In this document: one piece after another, positions 10,973-20,306 of the stretch | Layout of the letters: the number at the start of each line of letters is the position of its first letter | Numbering within the stretch: position 1 is the first letter of the stretch | Assembly: GCA_963712745.1 (NCBI GenBank) | Contig: CAVQJC010000006.1 | Span: 96,001-160,000 of the forward strand | Direction of reading: 5' to 3' | Length of the DNA stretch: 64,000 bases | DNA from: an uncultured Chloroflexia bacterium | Lineage (GTDB): Bacteria; Chloroflexota; Limnocylindria; Limnocylindrales; CSP1-4 | Notes under the pieces: model-generated | What the model saw: only the letters and a program-made list of their open reading frames with translations | The model's database searches: none | What the model was told of the DNA's origin: nothing | Translations under genes and position numbers: made by a program

Positions 10973-11884
10973 ATGGCCGAGCAGAGCTTTCGGTCGCGTG
11001 GCCCGATCGCCCGAGGCAACACCTCCGAGATCTGGCCGTGGACGAAAGGGACCGTGGTCAAGGTGCTGCGCCCCGACATCCCGCGGCATTGGGCCTCGAT
11101 CGAGGCGGACATCCTGTGGCGTGTGCATGGGGCCGGCCTGCCGGTCCCGGCTACCGACGGCGTCGTGGAGATCGAAGGGCGACCCGGGATCGTCCTCGAG
11201 CGCATCGCCGGTGACACGATGTGGGAGCGGATGAAGGCCGAGCCGGACAGACTCCCCGCACTGGTTGATGCGCTCGTGGACCTGCAATCACAGGTCCAGG
11301 GCACGTCCGTCGAAGGCCTGCCGGACCTGGACCGACGTCTGGCCAGCAAGATCGACGAGGCAGTCCAGGTGTCGGCTCGCGACCGGCGACGGGTGCAGTC
11401 GATGCTGGCGGACTTGCCGGCGGGCGCGGCACTCTGCCACGGGGACTTTCACCCGGCCAACATCGTGATGGCCGACCGCGGGGTGGTGATCCTCGACTGG
11501 TTCGACGCGGCCACGGGCCATCCGGACGCCGACCTTGTCCGCAGCTCGCTGCTGATGCGTCCGCCGTGGAGCGAGAGCGCGTGGCCGGCGCACCTGGGCG
11601 GCACCACGCGGTCGTTTCTCGAATCGCTCCACGATCGATACCTCACGACACTGCTTCGACGCGGTCACGTCGACCCGGGATCGTTCGCAGGCTGGGAAGT
11701 CGTCCTGGCGGTGGCGCGCATGTCCGAGCCGGTCCCACACGATGACCTGGTCGGTCTCTGGCGGCGCTGGCAGGAGGATGGCCCGGCTGCCGCCGAGACG
11801 ATGATCGCCGCCTGCCTGGCCAGAGTGGCCGAGCACGAGGGGACGAGCCAGGGGGCACGTGAGCCGGACGCGCGGCCCGGCTAG
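10973..11884 (+). CDS. Aminoglycoside phosphotransferase / kinase-like (APH family) protein
   Basis: IARGNTSEI, VVKV, LCHGDFHPANIV, ILDW. Confidence 0.85.
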   Translation: MAEQSFRSRGPIARGNTSEIWPWTKGTVVKVLRPDIPRHWASIEADILWRVHGAGLPVPATDGVVEIEGRPGIVLERIAGDTMWERMKAEPDRLPALVDALVDLQSQVQGTSVEGLPDLDRRLASKIDEAVQVSARDRRRVQSMLADLPAGAALCHGDFHPANIVMADRGVVILDWFDAATGHPDADLVRSSLLMRPPWSESAWPAHLGGTTRSFLESLHDRYLTTLLRRGHVDPGSFAGWEVVLAVARMSEPVPHDDLVGLWRRWQEDGPAAAETMIAACLARVAEHEGTSQGAREPDARPG

Positions 11885-12687
11885 GCCACGAGGCGACGGA
11901 GTTCGTCGTGGATGGCCGGACTGGAGGCCACCATCAGACGGCCGTTCTCGTCGGCGGGACGATGCATCGAGGCGCCGGCCTCGGCCGCGATGAGCTCGCC
12001 GGCGGCATAGTCCCAGTACTGCATGTCCCGCTGGTAGAAGCCGTCGAGCCGGCCGCAGCCGACCCAACACAGGTTCAACGCAGCCGATCCGAAGCAGCGG
12101 ATGTCCCGCGCAGCCGGCAGCACCCGGGCGAGATAGGCGGCCTCGCGGGCACGACCCTCCGAGGTATAGGCGAAGCCGGTTCCGACCAGCGAGTTGGAAA
12201 GCTCGGCCACCGAGGAGACGGTGACGGGCCGTCCGTCGAGCCGGGCTCCAGCGCCCTTGGCCGCGCTGAAGACATCGCCTCGGAGCACGTCGATGACCGC
12301 GCCCGCGACTGTCTCATCGCCGATGGTGGCTGCGACCGAGACACTCATGATCGAAAGGTCGTAGGTGAGGTTGACCGTCCCGTCGATGGGATCGATGACC
12401 CAGCCGACACCCGAGATGCCACTGACCGCGCCGACCTCCTCGCCCAGTACCGAAGCATCGGGCGTGCGCCGGGCGAGGACGGCCCGGATGGCCTCCTCGG
12501 AGGCGATGTCAAGGGAGGTCACCGGGTCGGTCGGGGTCGACTTGGTCGAGATCGTGCCCAGCTCACCGGCTGCAGAGCGGACCACGCGAGCGCCCGCGGC
12601 CGCGGCCTCGATGGCGATGGCTTCGAGGTCGCGGGGCGTCGGGACCGGGTCCACGGCCCGACGGCCGACCGCCTCGGCTTCAGACAC
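11881..12687 (-). CDS. Inositol monophosphatase family protein
   Basis: LGEE, WVIDPIDGTVN, GSAALNLCWVGCGRLDGF, WDYAAG. Confidence 0.92.
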   Translation of the reverse strand: MSEAEAVGRRAVDPVPTPRDLEAIAIEAAAAGARVVRSAAGELGTISTKSTPTDPVTSLDIASEEAIRAVLARRTPDASVLGEEVGAVSGISGVGWVIDPIDGTVNLTYDLSIMSVSVAATIGDETVAGAVIDVLRGDVFSAAKGAGARLDGRPVTVSSVAELSNSLVGTGFAYTSEGRAREAAYLARVLPAARDIRCFGSAALNLCWVGCGRLDGFYQRDMQYWDYAAGELIAAEAGASMHRPADENGRLMVASSPAIHDELRRLVA

Positions 12688-13492
12688 GGACGACCTCCAG
12701 ACCCTGCTCCTCGAGCAGCGCGGCCGTGACGTCGTCCATGCCGGTGTCGGTGTAGATGATGTCGACCTCGTCGATGTCGGCGAAACGAAACAGCTGCTCG
12801 CTGCCTACCTTGGAGTGATCGAACATCATCACCACGCGCCGGGCCGCCGCCATCATCGCCTGCTTGATGGCCACCTCCTCGCGGTAGGGGGTGGTGAAGC
12901 CTCGCTCCGGGGACATCCCGTCGCAGCCGATGAAGGCAACGTCGACGGTCATGTCGCGCAGCGTCTCCACCCCGGTTTCGTCGACGAAGGCCAGTGTCCG
13001 CCGGCGCAGCGCACCGCCGAGCACGATCACGTGCGGGCGCTCGGTGGTCGCAAGTGAACGGATGATGGGGACGTGGTTGGTGATGACCGTGAGGTCGCGC
13101 TCGCGGTCGAGGACATCGGCCAGCTGGAGCGCAGTGCTGCCCGAGTCGATGATGAGCGAGCCGTGCGCCGGGATCTCGGCGGCTGCGGCATGGGCGATTC
13201 GCCGTTTCTCTGCCACGTTGTGGCTCTCGCGAACCTCCAGACGCGGCACGATGACCGAGCCACGCCACGGCACCGCCCCGCCGTGGACGCGTCGACCAAG
13301 CGCTCGCGCTGGAGCTCGGTGAGGTCTCGGCGGATGGTCTCGCCGGTGACCTCGAACTCCTCGGCCAGCTCGCCCACGTCGACGCGTCCACGCTCCAGGA
13401 CGAGCTTCATGATCTGCGCGCGCCGCTCTCCTCCGGAACAGCGGGCCTGCTGGCGCGCGGTCACGATTCGCGGGGGCGTCAGCCTGATCCAT
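12680..13492 (-). CDS. DeoR/GlpR family transcriptional regulator (two compensating frameshifts near 13430 and 13292)
   Basis: HTH segment ERRAQIMKLVLERGRVDVGELAEEFEVTGETIRRDL in one frame; RRVHGGA, EKRRIA, IDSGST, VITN, DVAFIG, DHSK in the other; ATG overlaps the upstream stop (TGATG). Confidence 0.88.
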   Translation of the reverse strand: MDQADAPANRDRAPAGPLFRRRAARADHEARPGAWTRRRGRAGRGVRGHRRDHPPRPHRAPARALGRRVHGGAVPWRGSVIVPRLEVRESHNVAEKRRIAHAAAAEIPAHGSLIIDSGSTALQLADVLDRERDLTVITNHVPIIRSLATTERPHVIVLGGALRRRTLAFVDETGVETLRDMTVDVAFIGCDGMSPERGFTTPYREEVAIKQAMMAAARRVVMMFDHSKVGSEQLFRFADIDEVDIIYTDTGMDDVTAALLEEQGLEVVRV

Positions 13493-14976
13493 CAACTCAC
13501 TCCGTTCAGCCACCTCTCGAGCGTACGGTACGTGCCGTACTCACGGATCGAGGTCAACGCGTCAGTGAAGGCGGAAACGAACCGCGGATCGGCCGGAAGG
13601 CGCGGACCGAAGACATCGCTGAAGCGAAGGAGTGCCGCCGGTTCCGAGACCGACGCGCGGGCGTATTCCTGCGCCTCATCCAGGCGCGGGTCAGGCGAGA
13701 TGCTGATGTCGCGCCCCTCGTCGTCCACCCCCAGCAGGTACTGGCACCAGCCCGCGAGCGCCAGGGCGGAGAGCTTGACCTGGCCGCCCGTCTCCAGCTG
13801 CGACTCGATGGTCGGCACCAGGAACTTGGGCCACTTGGAGGTGCCATCGAGACAGACGCGCGCGACCTGGTCGCGGACCTCCGGGTTGGCGAAGCGCTCG
13901 GCCACGACCCGCTTGTAGTCGGTCACGTCGATGCCGGCCACCGGCGGCAACGAAGGCGTGGCCTCATCGTCGTGGAACTGCTGCAGGTACCGGGCCAGCG
14001 GCGGGTCGGCCATGATCTCGTGGATGTAGGTGTGCCCGACCAGCGCGGCCATGTAGGTGAGCGTCGAGTGGCCCGCGTTGAGGATGCGCAGCTTGAGCGT
14101 CTCGTAGGGCCGGACGTCGCCGGTCAGTCAGCACGCCGACGTCCTCGTAGGGCGGCCGGCCATAGGGGAACTCGTCCTCGATGACCCACTGGATGAAGGT
14201 CTCGGCCACGACCGGCCAGCGGTCGACCAGGCCGTACTCCTCCGCGAGGAAGGCGCGATCGGCGTCGGCCGTCTGCGGCGTGATGCGGTCGACCATGCTG
14301 TTGGGGAAGGCGACGTTGTCGGCCGACCCAGCGTTCGAGGCCGGGCTCGACCATGGCGCAGACGCCGAGCGTGGCCGTCCGTGCCACGTCGCCGTTGCCC
14401 ATGACGTTGTCGCAGCTCTGCACGGTCAGGCCACCGAGGCCCGCGTCGCGCCGTCGCTGGAAGGCGCGTGCCAGCGACTCGAACGCGGGCGGCAGCGCGT
14501 CGGCCGGCGGCGCCAGGAACTCGCCGCTGCTCTCGTCGACGGGGTAGCCGCCCTCGGTGATGGTCATCGACACGATGCGCGTGTCCGGGCTGGCGATGCG
14601 CGCCACCAGCGGCTCGATGTCGTCGGCGGCAAGCACGTAGTCGGTGATGGAGCCGATGACGCGCACGTTCGTGGCGTGCACGTCGCGGGTCACCAGCGCG
14701 TAGAGGTAGTCCTGGGCAGCGAGAGCGTCGGCCATCGCCGCGTCCGCCGGACAGGACGCCGGCGCCGGTGATCGACCAGTCGGTCACGCCCGCGCCACAG
14801 ACGTCGTCGAGGTAGACCGCCTGGTGGGCGCGGTGGAAGCCGCCCACGCCGATGTGGACGATGCCACCACCGAGCGCGCTGCGGTCGTAGGCGGGGATCG
14901 AGATGCGTGGATCGAGCCGGCCGAGGTTCTCCGCGGAGAGCTCGATACGGCGCCGGCGGCCGTCGTCAGCAGTCAT
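13492..14976 (-). CDS. Mannitol 2-dehydrogenase / polyol dehydrogenase family (three frameshifts near 14745, 14325, 14127)
   Basis: IVHIGVGGFHRAHQAVYLD; SMTITEGGY, SCDN; SMVDRITP, QWVIED; KLRILNAGH, ERFANP, DGTSKWPKF, spread over four frame segments. Confidence 0.88.
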
Positions 14977-14990
14977 GCGCGCAAGCCTAC

Positions 14991-15060
14991 TCCAACATGA
15001 ACGCAGATGGAAGACCCCAATAGTGACTGTGGATATCTACTTGCGCTGATCCCACATGAA
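14991..15060. promoter_or_regulatory. Candidate DeoR-type operator: direct repeat TCC(A/C)ACATGAA in the divergent polyol promoter region
   Basis: TCCAACATGAA at 14991-15001 and TCCCACATGAA at 15050-15060, between divergent dehydrogenase and transporter genes. Confidence 0.35.
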
Positions 15061-15145
15061 ACCAACTAGGATGACGCCTGAGCGTGCCTCAGTCACGCTC
15101 AGGAGGAGCGGTTCCCAACCGTCCAAGAAGGAGGTATCAGGCCTG

Positions 15146-16519
15146 ATGTGGTCAAGCAGACAAGCTGACCAAGGCTGGTGTCGGCGCCATGGCCACCGCC
15201 TTGGTCGCATCGACGGCCTTCGCTGGAGCAGCCGTCGCCCAGGACGAGAGTCCATCAACGTCGCCATCGTGGGCAACCCCCAGATGGAGGACATCGCCAC
15301 CCTCACGCCGGAGCTGTTCACGGCCGAGACCGGCATCAACGTCAACTACGTGATCCTCGAGGAGCAGACGCTGCGCGAGATCGTCACCCGTGACGTGGGC
15401 GCCGGTGGCCAGCAGTTCGACGTCGTCATGATCGGCATGTTCGAGGCCCCGCAGTTCGGCCGCAACGGCTGGCTCGTCGACCTCAACGAGTACGCCGCTG
15501 ATGACGCCGACTACATGGTCGACGACATCATCCCCGCGGTGCGGGACGGCCTGTCCTACGAGGGCGGCCTCTACGCCGCGCCGTTCTACGCGGAGTCGTC
15601 CTTCGTGATGTATCGCAAGGACGTCCTCGACGAGGCCGGCATCACGATGCCCGACGCGCCGACCTGGGACGAGGTCGCGGACATCGCCCGTCAGGTCGAC
15701 TCGGACGAGATGGCCGGCATCTGCCTGCGCGGCAAGCCCGGCTGGGGCGATCTCGGCGCCATCTTCACCACGGTGATCAACACCTTCGGTGCCACCTGGT
15801 GGCTGGCCGGTGAGAACGACACCATCGGTGCTGCCCAGGTCGATCAGCCCGAGTTCAGGGAAGCGCTCCAGTTCTACGTCGATCTGCTCCAGGACGCCGG
15901 CGAGGACGACGCCTCCAACGCCAGCTACAACGAGTGCACCAACCAGATGCAGGATGGCAAGGTGGCCATGTGGGTCGACGCCACGGTCGCCGCGAGCAAC
16001 CTCGAGGCCGACGACAGCCCCATCAAGGGCAAGCTCGGCTACGCGCTCTCCCCGACCAAGGTGACCGACGCCTCCGGCTGGCTGTGGGCCTGGGCCCTCG
16101 CCATCCCCGAGAACGCGCCTGACAAGGACACCGCCTGGGAGTACGTCAGCTGGGCGACCGGTCCTGAGTACCTGGTCCGAGGCGGGCGAGAACCTGCGCC
16201 GGTGGCTGGGCGACCGTGCCCCCGGGCACGCGCGTGTCGCTCTACGAGAACCCCAACTACCAGGAAGCCGCGGCAGCCTTCGCGGACATCACCCTCGAGG
16301 CCATGCAGGCGGCGCCGATCGACAACCCCGGCGTCCAGCCACGCCCGGGCCTGCCCGGCGTCCAGTTCGTCGGTGTGCCCCAGTTCCAGGACGTCGGCAC
16401 GCGGTGCACGCGAGCAGTTCTCCAGCGCCATCGCCGGCAACATCTCGGTCGATGACGCCCTGGCAGCCTGCCAGGCCATCGCTTCCGAGGTGGAGGGCGA
16501 GTCCTGGGTAGGGCACTAG
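15146..16519 (+). CDS. Polyol (sorbitol/mannitol) ABC transporter substrate-binding protein, SmoE-like (frameshifts near 15160, 15249, 16180, 16411)
   Basis: AGGAGGT RBS; signal-like AGVGAMATALVASTAFAGAAVAQD; PFYAESS, GICLRGKPGWG, MWVDATVAA, GWLWAWAL, PPGTR.SLYENP, GVQFVGVPQFQ. Confidence 0.85.
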   Translation: MWSSRQADQGWCRRHGHRLGRIDGLRWSSRRPGRESINVAIVGNPQMEDIATLTPELFTAETGINVNYVILEEQTLREIVTRDVGAGGQQFDVVMIGMFEAPQFGRNGWLVDLNEYAADDADYMVDDIIPAVRDGLSYEGGLYAAPFYAESSFVMYRKDVLDEAGITMPDAPTWDEVADIARQVDSDEMAGICLRGKPGWGDLGAIFTTVINTFGATWWLAGENDTIGAAQVDQPEFREALQFYVDLLQDAGEDDASNASYNECTNQMQDGKVAMWVDATVAASNLEADDSPIKGKLGYALSPTKVTDASGWLWAWALAIPENAPDKDTAWEYVSWATGPEYLVRGGREPAPVAGRPCPRARACRSTRTPTTRKPRQPSRTSPSRPCRRRRSTTPASSHARACPASSSSVCPSSRTSARGAREQFSSAIAGNISVDDALAACQAIASEVEGESWVGH

Positions 16520-16561
16520 CCTTGCACTAGTCGAGTTGGTAGGGCAGAGGGAGCAGCCGCA

Positions 16562-17512
16562 GTGACCGCGCACGACCGAACCGACGGGGAGCTCCGGATC
16601 CGGCGCCGAGCGCGCCGCCGCGATCGCGGAGTTCCAGCGTCGGGACAAGTGGCGGCGGCGGCTGCCCCTCCTGCCCGCCCTGCTGTTCACCATCGTGGTG
16701 ACGCAGATTCCCTTCATCTTCAACATCTGGTTCAGCCTGCAGGACTGGACGATCGTCCCGCCCCGGGGCCCCGACTTCACCGGGCTCGAGAACTACACCG
16801 AGGGCTACACCAACCAGTTCTTCCTCGACAGCGGTCGGCGATCTCCATCACCATGACGACGGCGGCCGTGCTGCTGTCGCTGCTGGTGGGCACCGCACTC
16901 GCGCTGCTGCTGGACCGCCAGTTCTTCGGCCGGGGCATCGCGCGAACGCTGCTCATCACGCCGTTCCTGATCATGCCGGTAGTGGCGGGCCTGCTTTGGA
17001 AGAACCAGATCTTCAGCTCTACATTCGGCGTCCTCAACGCGGTCATCGAAACCCTCGGCTTCGACGCCGTCCCCTTCGTCGAGCGCTACCCGTTCTGGGC
17101 CATCGTCACCGTGCTGGTATGGCAGTGGTCGCCGTTCATGATGCTCATCATCCTGGCCGGCCTCCAGGGCCAGCCGACTGACATCCTCGAGGCTGCGCGC
17201 GTCGACCGCGCCAGCGGCCGTGGCATCTTCACCCAGATCACGCTGCCCATGCTCCGGCCGTACATGGAGCTGGGCATCGTACTCGGCGCCATCTACCTGC
17301 TGCAGGTATTCGACCAGATCGACGTCATGACCGGCGGCGGTCCGGGCTCGACCAACGTGCCCTACTTCGTCTACCAGCGCTCCATCGGCGGTGGCTGGGA
17401 CTTCGGCCAGGCAGCGGCGTACTCGACCATCGTGGTCATCGCCTCGATCATCATCGCCACGTTCGCGTTGCGCGTGCTTTCCAGCCTCTTCCAGCGCCAG
17501 GAGCCGGTATGA
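16562..17512 (+). CDS. Carbohydrate ABC transporter permease, SmoF-like (compensating frameshifts near 16571 and 16835)
   Basis: Alternate frame gives LPLLPALLFTIVVTQIPF...FTGLENY; then RTLLITPFLIMPVV, WQWSPFMMLIILAGLQ, EAARVD (EAA loop). Confidence 0.87.
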   Translation: MTAHDRTDGELRIRRRARRRDRGVPASGQVAAAAAPPARPAVHHRGDADSLHLQHLVQPAGLDDRPAPGPRLHRARELHRGLHQPVLPRQRSAISITMTTAAVLLSLLVGTALALLLDRQFFGRGIARTLLITPFLIMPVVAGLLWKNQIFSSTFGVLNAVIETLGFDAVPFVERYPFWAIVTVLVWQWSPFMMLIILAGLQGQPTDILEAARVDRASGRGIFTQITLPMLRPYMELGIVLGAIYLLQVFDQIDVMTGGGPGSTNVPYFVYQRSIGGGWDFGQAAAYSTIVVIASIIIATFALRVLSSLFQRQEPV

Positions 17513-18369
17513 CCCTGACTGCACGCGACAAGCAGCTGCGCGGCCAATCGCGCTGGGGCACGGCTGCGCTCGGCATCGTTACCTGGCTCGTGGCCGCGCT
17601 CTTCTTCTTCCCGGTCTTCTGGATGGTGCTCAACAGCTTCAAGACCGAGCTGGACGCCAACACCACGCCGAAGCTCTTCTTCGAGCCCACACTCGACCGC
17701 TGGCAAGCGGTGACCGAATCGGTTACCGGGCTGCTCAGCTTCAACGAGGCCTTCTTCAACTCGTTCCTCATCGTCATCGTCTCGACCGTGCTGGTGCTGG
17801 TGCTGGCCATCCCGGCGGCCTACGCGCTGTCTATCTACCCCATCAAGGCGTGGCGCGACGCGCTCTTCTTCTTCATCTCGACGAAGTTCCTGCCCGTCGT
17901 GGCCGCCATCCTGCCGCTGTGGATCATCGCCAAGGAACTGGGGCTGCTCAACACCCACCTCGTGCTCATCATCCTGTACACGGCCATGAACCTGCCGCTC
18001 GCCGTGTGGATGCTGCGCTCGTTCTTCGGCGAGGTGCCGCGCGAGCTCATCGAGGCAGCCCAGATGGATGGGACCGGGCTGTATGGACAAATCAAGGACG
18101 TGATGCTGCCCATCGTCGCACCTGGCATTGCGGCCACGGCGTTGCTGTGCTTCATCTTCGCCTGGAACGAGTTCTTCCTGGCGGTCCAGCTCAACCCGGT
18201 CGAGGGTTCGACCGTACCGGTTTGGGTGAGCACCAACGTCACCACTCGCGGGAACTTCATGGCGAAGCTCTCGGCAGCGTCTACGTTGGCGGTCCTGCCG
18301 GTCGTCATCGCGGGCTGGATCGCCCAGAAGCGGATGATCCGCGGCCTTTCCATGGGAGCCATCAAGTAG
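17509..18369 (+). CDS. Carbohydrate ABC transporter permease, SmoG-like
   Basis: FFPVFWM, STKFLPVV, EAAQMDG, FAWNEF, RGLSMGAIK. Confidence 0.92.
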   Translation: MTLTARDKQLRGQSRWGTAALGIVTWLVAALFFFPVFWMVLNSFKTELDANTTPKLFFEPTLDRWQAVTESVTGLLSFNEAFFNSFLIVIVSTVLVLVLAIPAAYALSIYPIKAWRDALFFFISTKFLPVVAAILPLWIIAKELGLLNTHLVLIILYTAMNLPLAVWMLRSFFGEVPRELIEAAQMDGTGLYGQIKDVMLPIVAPGIAATALLCFIFAWNEFFLAVQLNPVEGSTVPVWVSTNVTTRGNFMAKLSAASTLAVLPVVIAGWIAQKRMIRGLSMGAIK

Positions 18370-18375
18370 GGAGCC

Positions 18376-19473
18376 ATGTCTGAAGTCAGTTATCGCGACG
18401 CGACCAGGACCTATCCCGGCACGGACGCGCCTGCAGTCGATCGCCTGAACCTCACCGTCGACGACGGCGAGTTCCTCGTCCTCGTGGGCCCCTCCGGGTC
18501 GGGGAAGTCGACGGCCCTGCGCATGCTCGCCGGGCTGGAGGCCTGCGATGAGGGCTCCATCTGGATCGGCGACCGCGATGTCACGCTGGTTCAGCCCAAG
18601 GACCGGGACGTGGCCATGGTCTTCCAGAGCTACGCGCTCTACCCGCACATGACGGTGGCGCAGAACATCGGCTTCCCATTGAAGCAGCAGAAGGTGCCGA
18701 AAGACGAGCGCGCGAAGCAGGTCCAGGAAGCTGCGCGCATCCTCGACCTGGAGGACTACCTCGACCGCAAGCCCAAGCAGCTTTCGGGTGGCCAGCGCCA
18801 GCGCGTGGCCATGGGCCGCGCCATCGTGCGCCATCCCCAGGTCTTCCTCATGGACGAGCCACTGTCGAACCTCGACGCCAAGCTGCGCGTCCAGACGCGT
18901 GCGGAGCTGGCCGACCTGCAGGCGCGCTTGGGCGTCACGACGGTGTACGTGACACACGACCAGGTCGAGGCCATGACCATGGGTCACCGGGTAGCCATCC
19001 TCGACTACGGTGTCATGCAGCAGGTCGACACCCCGGGCGAGCTGTATCGCCACCCGGCCAATCTCTTCGTGGCCGGCTTCATCGGTTCGCCCGCCATGAA
19101 CATCGTGCCTACCACGGTCGAGGGCGGCGCGGTCGCCTTCGGCAGCACGCGGGTAGAGCTGGACCCGGCGGTCGTTTCTGGTTTGGACGACGCTGGTACC
19201 GACGACCTCAAGCTGGGCGTCCGGCCACAGGGCCTCGCGCTCGGGAGCGAAGGGGTGCCCGCCAAGGTGGTCGTGGTCGAGGAGCTGGGATCGGAGACCT
19301 TCGTCTTCGCAGAGATCGAGCACCTGGGCAAGACGACACGGATCCGTGTGCGCGTGGACGCTGACTATGCGGTCGCGCGCGGCGACAACACCAACGTCAG
19401 CGTTATGGGCCCAGTCCACGTCTTCGGCACCAACGGCCTTCGTCTGAAGACGGCCTCCGAGCAAGAGGGCTAG
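18376..19473 (+). CDS. Carbohydrate ABC transporter ATP-binding protein (MalK/UgpC family)
   Basis: [44 protein letters not shown]. Confidence 0.95.
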   Translation: MSEVSYRDATRTYPGTDAPAVDRLNLTVDDGEFLVLVGPSGSGKSTALRMLAGLEACDEGSIWIGDRDVTLVQPKDRDVAMVFQSYALYPHMTVAQNIGFPLKQQKVPKDERAKQVQEAARILDLEDYLDRKPKQLSGGQRQRVAMGRAIVRHPQVFLMDEPLSNLDAKLRVQTRAELADLQARLGVTTVYVTHDQVEAMTMGHRVAILDYGVMQQVDTPGELYRHPANLFVAGFIGSPAMNIVPTTVEGGAVAFGSTRVELDPAVVSGLDDAGTDDLKLGVRPQGLALGSEGVPAKVVVVEELGSETFVFAEIEHLGKTTRIRVRVDADYAVARGDNTNVSVMGPVHVFGTNGLRLKTASEQEG

Positions 19474-19478
19474 GCCCC

Positions 19479-20291
19479 GTGTCGGCGACGTACGACTTCA
19501 CGAGCTCGACCGCGCTCGTGACCGGCGCGGCGGGAGACATCGGCCGCACCACCGCCGTGCGGCTGGCAGAAAGCGGCGCGAATGTGGTCATCACCGACAT
19601 CGATCGAGCTGGCGACGGACTCGAGCTGACTCGGGCCGCCTGCGCATCTGTCACGAGTGGGGACGGCGTCCTGGCCTTCGCGGCCGACGTCACCGAGCCG
19701 GCCAGCGTGGCGGCCTGCTTCGATGCCGCCGTCGATCGCTTCGGCGCGCCCGACCTGGTGTTCAACAACGCCGGCGTCCAGGGCGAGCTGCTGCCGCTGC
19801 AGGACTATCCCGTCGACGACTTCCCGTTCGTCATGAACGTGAACGTCTTCGGCATCTTCAACGTCCTGCGCGAGGCATCGCGGCGGCTGCGCGAGGCTGG
19901 CCGGCCGGGAGCCATCGTGAACTCGGCCTCGATGGCCGGCGTCGAAGGCGCCGCCAACATGCCCGCTTACAGCGCTTCCAAGGGCGCCGTCATGAGCATC
20001 ACGCGCTCGGCATCCAAGGACTTCGCCCCGCTCGGCATCCGCGTCAACGCCATCTCACCGGCTTTCATCGGCGAGGGCCTGATGTGGGACCGTCAGGTGC
20101 AGCGCCAAGCCAGGGCGAATACGCAGTACTACTCGACCGACCCCACGGTCGTGGCGGAGGAGATGGTCGGCGCGGTCCCGCTGCGTCGCACCGGCAGGCT
20201 CGACGAGGTCGCAGCGACCGTGCTGTGGCTGCTCTCTGACGAGTCCTCGTATGTCACGGGGCACAACGTCATCATCAGCGGCGGGATCTAG
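19479..20291 (+). CDS. Short-chain dehydrogenase/reductase, probably a polyol dehydrogenase
   Basis: TGAAGDIG, NNAG, YSASK, IRVNAISP; last gene of the polyol ABC operon. Confidence 0.88.
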   Translation: MSATYDFTSSTALVTGAAGDIGRTTAVRLAESGANVVITDIDRAGDGLELTRAACASVTSGDGVLAFAADVTEPASVAACFDAAVDRFGAPDLVFNNAGVQGELLPLQDYPVDDFPFVMNVNVFGIFNVLREASRRLREAGRPGAIVNSASMAGVEGAANMPAYSASKGAVMSITRSASKDFAPLGIRVNAISPAFIGEGLMWDRQVQRQARANTQYYSTDPTVVAEEMVGAVPLRRTGRLDEVAATVLWLLSDESSYVTGHNVIISGGI

Positions 20292-20306
20292 CGCGCGCTC
20301 CTAGCC

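Noticed and set aside
10973-11884. Aminoglycoside resistance gene
   Set aside because: Only generic APH/choline-kinase superfamily motifs are present, with no mobile context or recognisable similarity to a specific aph gene.
13290-16840. Programmed frameshifting or phase variation in the polyol locus
   Set aside because: There are no slippery heptamers or long homopolymers at the sites, and too many indels across unrelated genes; error is more parsimonious.
17371-19464. Long antisense ORFs (for example 697 aa here, 671 aa at 48456-50471, 592 aa at 4509-6287)
   Set aside because: They are shadow ORFs of real high-GC genes on the opposite strand, with no recognisable motifs.
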